64,000 nt of DNA, from contig OZ024742.1 in assembly GCA_964016885.1 (NCBI GenBank), positions 101,122,001 through 101,186,000 of the forward strand. Direction: 5' to 3'. Under the pieces are notes generated by a model that saw only the letters and a program-made list of their open reading frames with translations, had not been told where the DNA came from and did no database searches. Positions 55,376 to 64,000 of this stretch are shown piece after piece. Origin of the DNA: Eledone cirrhosa. Its lineage: Eukaryota. Both the position numbers and the translations under genes were made by a program. Each line of letters starts with the position of its first letter. The first letter of the stretch is position 1.

Positions 55376-57565
55376 CTACATGCACCCCATCCCCACTCCT
55401 GTGCCCCCCCATTGATCGACATGTATAAAAGCAAGGGAAGATGAACATGCTCTCCCACAATGATGCTGAAATAGCTAAAAGTGTTCAGTCTATGCTGTAA
55501 GATGGTCATGCTGGTGAAACAACAAAAGCCCCTAGTCATCGTATAAGATTCTACAGTCTACACTGTAAAGTGGTTGTTTTAGCGCTGCGATAAAAAGCAC
55601 CCTTCCATATTCCACCCACATCTTAACACTCCACTCCTCACCAGCCAAGTAATAAATAAATAAAATACATATATATCATCATCATTTAATGCCTGTTTAT
55701 ATATGAACATTTCTGTGTACATTTAAATCTATCTTTTCTAGGTCTATTTACATGAATCTGCCTCTCTATATAATTGTCTGTGCCTGTCTGTCTGTTTCTC
55801 TCTCTCTCCTCTCTATTTATTTATTTATTTTATATATATATATATATATGCGCATATATACATATTGAGAGAGATAAAGTATTGCATAACCTCACAGCTG
55901 TCCTTCATAATAGCAAAAGCCTAGTTTTACAAAAGGTAGTAGGAGGAAGAAGAGGAGGTTGTTAGTGGAGGTGTGAGTGGTGATGATGAGTGATGTAGTT
56001 AAGGAGACAAGACTGGAAGGGAATGCAGGATGTGAAAGATGGGGAATAGTTAGGTGGGACACATGGTGGTAATAGTGGTGGTGGCTGCAATGGAGTGAAA
56101 GGAAGCAGCAGTGGTGGTGGTAGCAATAGGTGGAGGGAAGCAGTGCTGGTGGTGGTAGCAATGGAGGGGGGAGAAAGCGGCAGTGGTTGTCGAAAGAGAA
56201 AGAAGGAGAGTAAGAAGAACAAGACACACAGGAGACAAGGAGCCCATTTAATATTCAGTTACTGTATTACTGTAGATGGTTGGTTTCAATGTTCTTTATG
56301 TAACAGAAATAGGAAAATAAGCAGAAACCTTCACCAACATCAGGAAAATTACAACCATCAATAAAACCAACAACCACCCATACACACACAAATTGATCTC
56401 ATTTTTACATAAAAAAAATTGATTAGGTTTATTTTGTGTTTTTAAGGAAGGAAAACCAGGTTACCTAGATCTCACAGAAGGAAAATAAGAAATAAAACAA
56501 AAAAAAGATTAGGAGAGCAAGGAAAATTAGAGTTTGAAATATATCAATTTTGCATTGTTTTCTTTATTCAGACAGACAAGAAATATTTATATTTCATATA
56601 TATATATATATATCATTTAATTTCCATTTTTCCTGATAGAAAGTGGCGGTGGGTGGGGGTGTAAGTAAGAAACGGCTTTTCTTTCAAACATATATTGAAA
56701 ATAATCCTACCCATGCTAGCGTGGAAGATGGATGTTAAATGATGATGATGATGATGATGATGATGAAGACTGTTCCAGTTTGATTATTTCTATTAAGGAA
56801 TTTTCTTATTTCCTTAGTTTTTTGTGCTTTGTTTGGAACAGCAGCATTTCTAAAACCATGTGTGTGTTATTTTGAGGCCATCCACAGACTGATGTTCACA
56901 TTCAGAATGATCATACATCAAAATGCAACATGCTTCACACTGTAAGGCAATATTGATGTTGCATGATAAAATACAAGCAATATATGCTGTAAAGTGGTTG
57001 GCATTAGGACAGGCATCCAGCTGTAAAAACCAAACCAAAGAATGGAACATACAAGCAAGATGTAGTTGCCTGACCAGTTTAACCTCAGTACGTACGTGAC
57101 AGACCAACTAAACCAAAGGTTCTCAATGGGGGGGCATATGCACCCCCGGGGGCCGTTTCAGAACTCTGGGTGGGGTGGGCGAGCGATGGAAGGTTCTTTA
57201 CTTTGGTAAGTTTTATAAGCCATTTTGTATGTCTTTGAGACAGCCAGTGTGAATGCATTTGAATGAGCATGCAGACAGCATAACTATAGTCTGATCGCAG
57301 CTGTGAGCAGGTGTGCAGGCGTTTCTAGACATTAACCGGCAATTGAGACCCTAAAAATGGAAAAACCCACAGTCAACTGGGTCAAGGAAACTTTGAGCGC
57401 AGCCAGTTAGAATCTTATCTTTCCTTCACCGATAACAATGTATTTCATGTCTGAAATTATTGACTCAACCGTAACGAGTTAACACTATCTAGATCTATTT
57501 TATTCCCTATTGTATAAATAATATTACAAATAAAAAAAGAAAAGAAAAAACACAGAAGTGGGTAG

Positions 57566-57900
57566 CACACACATCGAGGACCACATACAACACATAATCA
57601 GATAATACACACATCTAGAACATACAACACATAAGCAGGTAATACACACATCTAGGACCACATACAACACATAAGCAGGTAATACACACATCTAGGACTA
57701 CATGCAACACATAATCAGGTAATACATACATCTAGGACCACATACAACACATAAGGAGGTAATACACACATCTAGGACCACATACAACATACAAGCAGGT
57801 AATACATACAGTGGGGGACCACATGCAATACATAAGCAGGTAATTCATACATACAACACACAGGCAGGTAATACATCTAGGACCACATACAACACACATT
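57566..57900 (+). repeat. About 40-bp minisatellite (about 8 copies) inside the hAT element
   Basis: Unit ggtaatacacacatctaggaccacatacaacacataagca. Confidence 0.88.
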
Positions 57901-58956
57901 GTATCATGTGCTACAGACGACGCAAGAGCAATGGTCGGCCAACATAAGGGTTTCGTCACTCTTCTGAAGAGAGAAAATCTATCTGTATTTGCTGTTCATT
58001 GTCATTCATCGACAACACTTGGCTGCGAAGAAACTCAGCAAGCCGCTGAGCAAGTCCTTGCAGGTGGCCATTGATGGCATCAATTTTATCAAATGGCATT
58101 CCCTCAATGAACGAATTTTCCGGCAACTGTGCCAAGATAATGACGAAGAATTCGTGAAGTTGCTCCTTCATAATGAAGTGAGGTGACTTTCAAAGGGCAA
58201 CTGCCTTACTCACTTCTTTGAACTGTTCGACTCTATCATTGAGTTTCTGCGAGGACGCAACACAGAACTGTACAAGAAAACCCTCGATGTGAGGTAAGAC
58301 TCCCCTACCTCATCGACATCTTCAACAAATGCAATAGCGTCATTTTGGCTTTGCAGGGGAAGAAGATCACCTTGCTTAAAGCAAGGAATGCTGTGAAAAC
58401 ATTCCTGGCCAAATTGAATGTCATCGAAAGGAATCTGTGTTGACGGGAATTCTATAATTTTCCTAGTGTCGCCAATGTTCAAAACATTGTAAGCGATGAC
58501 CAACTCCAAATTTATACCGCTCACCTCCGTGCGCTACAAGACAACATGAGAGAATGGTTTGTCGACCTTTTGCCGATGGACATGCCAATGTGGGTAGCAG
58601 ATTCCTTCATAGTTAATGTCGATGATTTGGACGTTAAATTTCAGGAAGAATTCATTGAACAAGCAGATGACATGATCAAAATTAGATTTCCCAAAATAGA
58701 TGAACCCCTTTTTGGGATGCAAGAGGAAATTCACTGTCAATTTCCACTCCTACAAGCAGAGGCTAAGAGATTTGCTCTGCCTTTTCCAATCTCATACTTA
58801 GTCGAGAGGAGGTTTAGTGCTGTTTCCAGACTGCACAGTAAGGCTCGCAATCGCTACAATGTAATTACACGTGGAGATCTCTGGCTACATCTTAGGAAAA
58901 TTCAGCCTCACGTCAAAGAGTTAGCTAGACTCCATGACGCTCAAGGGTCCCATTGA
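57900..58956 (+). pseudogene. Buster/ZBED8-like hAT transposase remnant (frameshifts and stops)
   Basis: Fragments CATDDARAMVG, IHRQHLAAK, LLLHNEVR*LSKG and FPISYLVERRFSAV (C-terminal dimerisation region). Confidence 0.85.
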
Positions 58957-61900
58957 AATGAGGTCAAAGTTAAAGTAAGTTGATTTATCCGAAAACTTGG
59001 ATATGCTATTGTTACAAAGCAAACTAACAATCTTTTTAATTTGTAATTGCAGTCTGACTGGACTGGAAACCATCTACTACAATTCACTTACTCATTTGTT
59101 GTATATATTTTACCATTTACTAATAAATATATCTTCCTGCGTGGTCATGAAACTCTCTTCCGTGGTCTCTAAGCTCACAAAGCAGGGGGACATCAAGTTA
59201 GATATCAACATTTATTCTGTCCGTTTCATTAAAGGGAAAATTGGAAAGCTTTGAAATGATATAATTGCCACTTTCTTCCAGATAAGAGCACTCTTGGGAT
59301 AGACAGAGTTGCTCTTGTATAAATGTTCAAAATAGCTGGTATCGCCTGGTGGGAATATAACAAATTCAACTGGTCCTTATTCATAAAAAAGAACATTTAT
59401 GTTCCTTTTTTTTAAATTTATATATTTCCTTTCAAGGAATGTATTTATACTCTCAGCTGCCTGCAATGGTATCTTTGGAATATTGTTAATAATTTTTTAG
59501 TAATCTACTGATATCAAAATCAGTAGTATATTGAAAAATGGAAAAATAGGGTAGGGGGCGTTTTGTGATTTCGAGAGACAAAAGGGGGAGTTTGGTCTAA
59601 ATGGGTTGAGAACCTGTGATCTAAGCCATATAAACATGGAAAATAGACATTAAACGGTGATGATGATGATTTATCTATTGTATATAGACTGTAAATGTCT
59701 GGCTTATCTACATACCTCCAATCACCATAGCAATTCTATAAAAAAATATTCACTTCATTATAACTGTCTAATGGCAATAAAAGATGATGGCAGTCTTTTT
59801 ATAAGTTTGGGTGTCCTAAGCTATAAATATATCTAATATAATAATTACAGCTTCATATAAGCTGAATTGTTTAATATAGATAAAGTTGAAAAGATTCAGG
59901 AAAATATTTGGAACAGACGTGTAAAATATAACTAGAGTGATCGATATTATCGACTAAATCCCTTCAAAGCGATGCCCCACCATGACTGCAGTCTAATGAC
60001 TGAAAACAGTAAAAAATAAAATGATTTCTTATCTAGGCACAAGGCCTGTAATATATGGAGAGAGAAAGTTAATTATATCGACCCCAGTTATGACTGATAT
60101 TTTATTTTATCAACCCCAGAACCAGAAGGATGAAAGGCAAAGTTGGCAGCAGGGGCTTTTGAACTAATGTAAAGAGCAGGAACAAATGCTACAAAGTATT
60201 TTATTTAATGTTTTAACAATTTTGCCAATCCACCACCCTCTAAAAGAATAAAAGAATAATAAATTACTTCTTGAAAATCAGAAATGTTGATGTTAAATAT
60301 AGATTTTCCTTTTAATGTTTATTAAATCCTTGTGAAATATTGATTAAAATACTGACATCAGAGTATTTACTTTCCTTTTTAGCAGTGATTTGCACAGCTT
60401 TCAGAAGGAGGTTCATAGAATCCACGAGGGAAACTTTACGGATCACCAAATGTGTGTGTGCGTGTGTGTTGGACGAAGCATGGCCGAATGGTTAATAAGT
60501 TTGCTTTGTAATCATTAGGTTCCCTGTTTCAATTCCATTACATGGCATCTTGGACAAGGTCATTTACCAGTCTCGGTCTCAAGTCAAGCCTTGCCATCAG
60601 AGTGAAGTTGGAAGCTCGTCGGATTGACTGTATCTGTAATTCAAAGAGCCAACTTTGTTACACACTTATACTGAATCTCCCTGAGAATTATGCTAAGGAT
60701 ATACATGTCTGTAGAATGCTCAGCCACGTGCATGTTAATTTCATGAGCAGGTTGTCCCATTGATCAAACAACTGGAACATTCATTGGTTAAACCGAAGGA
60801 GGTCTATCATCATTGTTGGACCTTCATCAGTTTCAACGACGATTGTTCCAGTTGTTTGATCAATAGAATAGCCTGCTCATGAAATTAACAAGCAAGTGAC
60901 TGAGTATTCCACAGAAACATGTACTCATATCTTAATGTAATTCTCTGGGAGATTCAACATGATGCAATGTGTGACATGGTTGGCCTTTTCAAATACAGAT
61001 ACAATGCATTTTTTCCAGCTGAGTTTACTCGAGCTACGTCAAATTAAGTGATTTGCTCAGGGGCACAATGTACTGCTGGAAATCTAACTCCTACCTCAAT
61101 CATTAAACCACACCTTCACACCACAAAATATAATTACAACACACAAGGATATAAATGAATCCTACATTGTATAAAATCATCAGTAGAACTAACGATGTGA
61201 TTCATAATAAAGGCATACATGATATGTTTATGTATAATAAACATATATATCTTTCCATGAATACAAGACATATGTTTAGTATACATAAACATCATGTATG
61301 CCTTTATATACACCTCTGTCATTGTATAAGATATATGAAAATTTACTTTAAATTGATCGAGATTTTCAATCTCAAACAATTATGTCTTATGTAAAAAGAA
61401 GTTAGTGTCTTCTTTCTTTGGGGTTATGAAACTTGCTGTGGACCACCAAAACTTTGGTATGGACCATGATGTGCATCATTGATATAGATATTTAAAGCTT
61501 AGAGACTCATCAGGCTGGTGTTTATCCTTGTTTCTGTGACATGAAGCGACAGAGTACAGATTCCCCCCTGGACAGGATGCCAGTCCATCGCAGGGTTAAA
61601 ACCCAGCTATTGCTGGTACTCTTTTTCAGCTGAGTATACTGGAGCAATGTGAAATTAAGTGTTTTGCTCAAGAACATAACACACAGCCCAGCCCAGGAAT
61701 TGTACCCACAACATTATGATTGCAAATCCAACACACTTACCTGATATATATATAGCAAAGGTAAAAAATAAATATAAATAACGCAAATGTATGTGGGGAA
61801 TTATATATGGTAGTATATAATTGCCAAACAGTTTAGAAATAGCTCAATGTGTTTATATATTAGTATGAAAATAAAGGAGAATTTTTTAGGAGGAAACGGT

Positions 61901-61996
61901 TAGAACAGACATAAACACAGGGCAAATATAATCAAATATATAAATGGAAAAATTAGTTTTTAAATCATCCTTAATTCTTTACGTTTCAAGGACCGA

Positions 61997-62182
61997 TGGA
62001 TTGGCAGTATCGGTAGAGGGTCGGACGCCATGCTTTGCAGCAAAGAGTTACGGCCCTTTATGGTCTGAGTTCAAATCCTGCCGAGGTTAACTTTTTCTTT
62101 CATCCTTATGGGGTCGATAAAATAAAGTACCAGTAATACACTGGGATAATTGCTGGCCTTGTGCCAAAAGTAGAAACAATTA
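61997..62182 (+). mobile_element. SINE family A inserted in a Penelope-like fragment
   Basis: Match to 5333-5527. Confidence 0.85.
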
Positions 62183-63094
62183 TGAAATAGCATTATACAT
62201 AGAATTACTGAAAGGACGTTATGTGTAATTCACATAAACGATATAAACAATTTAAATATATACATAAGGCGTTTTCCTCAGAAGAATTTAAAAAATAATA
62301 TCAAACTAAAGCAGAGTATAACAGAATAAAATAAAAACAAAGAAAGAAAATAGTAATACTATCAATCACTATTACTGTGACAATTTAAGTAGTCTGACTT
62401 TTATTGACGTCTCAAGCATTCCTTCAATGTGACATTATTATTCAGTCCACCAGTGCATTAAATAAAGTACCAGTAATGCACTGGTAATTGCTGGCCTTGT
62501 GCCTAAAGTAGAAACAATTATTATTCAGTCCACCCATGCCATCAGCAGGAGCATTGTTCTTGCTATAAGGCAGAGAGTTGTCCTCCAATGTAAACAGAGA
62601 GTTATTACCTGATGTTTATGTGAAGACATTCACACTAAAGCACACAACTTGAACATAGAGCTCAATTGAGTAAATTTCCATTGAAACCACCTTGGAGACA
62701 ATTGACAATTCATGGGGACAGGCCATGATGAATAAGAAATGGGAGATGAGGCAGTTTTCACTATGAGACATAGTGAAAACTGCCCAGCAATGACAGGCTA
62801 CTCAGCTAGTATTTTAATAAAGCTGTCTTTTTTTAAGAAAAAAAACAAAAAACTCTTATGTCCAAGTATCAGACAAGGAAGTTTGACATTCTGATCAGGT
62901 GTTTCATGTTTGGAAGTGACAGAGGAGAGGTGGGAGGAGGGACACACAGACAAACAAATATGCTACACATTTTAACTGATAATACTTGTCAATCAAGTTT
63001 GGCCAAGCCTTAGTAACTCCAAGAAGGAAACTGACTAATTGCACACATACGCACACCACACTTACACATGACCAAATATTTCATGTGTGTGAGT

Positions 63095-63170
<76 letters not shown>

Positions 63171-64000
63171 ATAGCAAGGTTTTAAGGGCTGGGGCATTAA
63201 ATAGTCATGTTTTAACCAGATATGACAAGCAGGAAGCTGAAGGGAGCTTAAAGAATTGGATATTAGCAGAGAAGGGAGGGGGAAAGAAGGATAAAAATAT
63301 ATAGAGTGAGAAAGTGAGAAGTACAACGATATAGAGAGGGGAGGAAGAGTGAAAGGAGAGAGATATAGTTAAGGGAGAGAGTGTGAAATCCAAAATAAAC
63401 AACAATAATGTAACAACTAATAATTTCTCTCAAACACAGTTTTATGATCTTGTCTTTTTACTCAACAAATTTCAACTGGATTGTATAATATATGCAATAA
63501 AAAAAATGAAAGAAAACATGAAATGGCAAAAGTAAGGGAAGAGTGGAAGGGATAGAAGATTCTACACTCCATTCAAAGCCATATATCTCTGTTGTATGCC
63601 ACAGACAAAATGGTGAAGACATTGCTGCAGAGAACAGCCATTGATACCCACAGCAATTGCAGGTGCACTCCTAATTTTGTAGGGGAAAATGGCAGTTGAA
63701 AGACCAAAGACACGAGAGGTCTTGATGGCAACTGGCACAAAAATGAAGTAGACAGTCAAGATATACTTAGAACCTGTTACTGACAGTAATGGGACCTCAT
63801 ATTTAGAGAGGAGAGCACGCAGGCGTTACTAACACAGACATTTAATATAGCAATGGATTAGAATTGAAACTGTGTTGTTGACTCAGTTTGTTAAATAAGG
63901 AGTTTCTACTTTTGGCACAAAGCCAGCAAATTGAAGGGAAGGAGAAAGAAAGCTGTTTAAATCACCCCCAGTACACTGCTGGTGCTTTAACGACCCTGTA

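Larger units (their letters stand above)
57114..59618 (+). mobile_element. Decayed hAT transposon, Buster/Charlie group
   Basis: TIRs CAAAGGTTCTCAA / CACAGGTTCTCAA; imperfect 8-bp TSD aactaaac / atctaagc with TA at positions 4-5. Nested in an RTE-type 3' tail that resumes after it. Confidence 0.85.

Noticed and set aside
55892-56364. His/Pro/Thr-rich ORFs (also 1977-2204)
   Set aside because: Degenerate (GGT/AGT)n low-complexity sequence.
57566-57900. CRISPR-like array
   Set aside because: Contiguous tandem units with no unique spacers; eukaryotic context; no cas genes.
63560-63760. Possible host exon (similar sequence at 23230-23490)
   Set aside because: Repeated and stop-ridden; probably a decayed CR1/Jockey-like LINE 3' end, too degenerate to call.

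Overview
AT-rich, repeat-dense animal genomic DNA, not prokaryotic. The SINE/RTE-LINE/microsatellite make-up suggests an octopod cephalopod (inference). The one host gene I can support is a non-muscle myosin II regulatory light chain (sqh/MYL9/MYL12-like) on the minus strand. Its coding exons are at 39472-39655 and 21147-21308; I could not find the last coding exon in the window. Its introns and flanks hold: a young, almost intact RTE-clade LINE (31187-36269) with one frameshift, a PHD-like finger inside the RT, 397-bp 5' monomers and an inverted triplication at the 3' end; a near-identical 5'-truncated copy in the opposite orientation (19115-20672), so the two copies bracket the 162-nt symmetric exon; tRNA-derived SINEs; hAT/Buster, Helitron, Tc1/mariner, pogo and TTAA-flanked MITEs; and a CRE-like LINE tail. 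The most striking unexplained pattern is a series of short fold-back insertions, mostly next to (TA)n, that carry whole or partial minimal hammerhead ribozymes (CUGANGA...GAAAC..UH). These are most likely Penelope-like element ends. All coordinates were read by eye.
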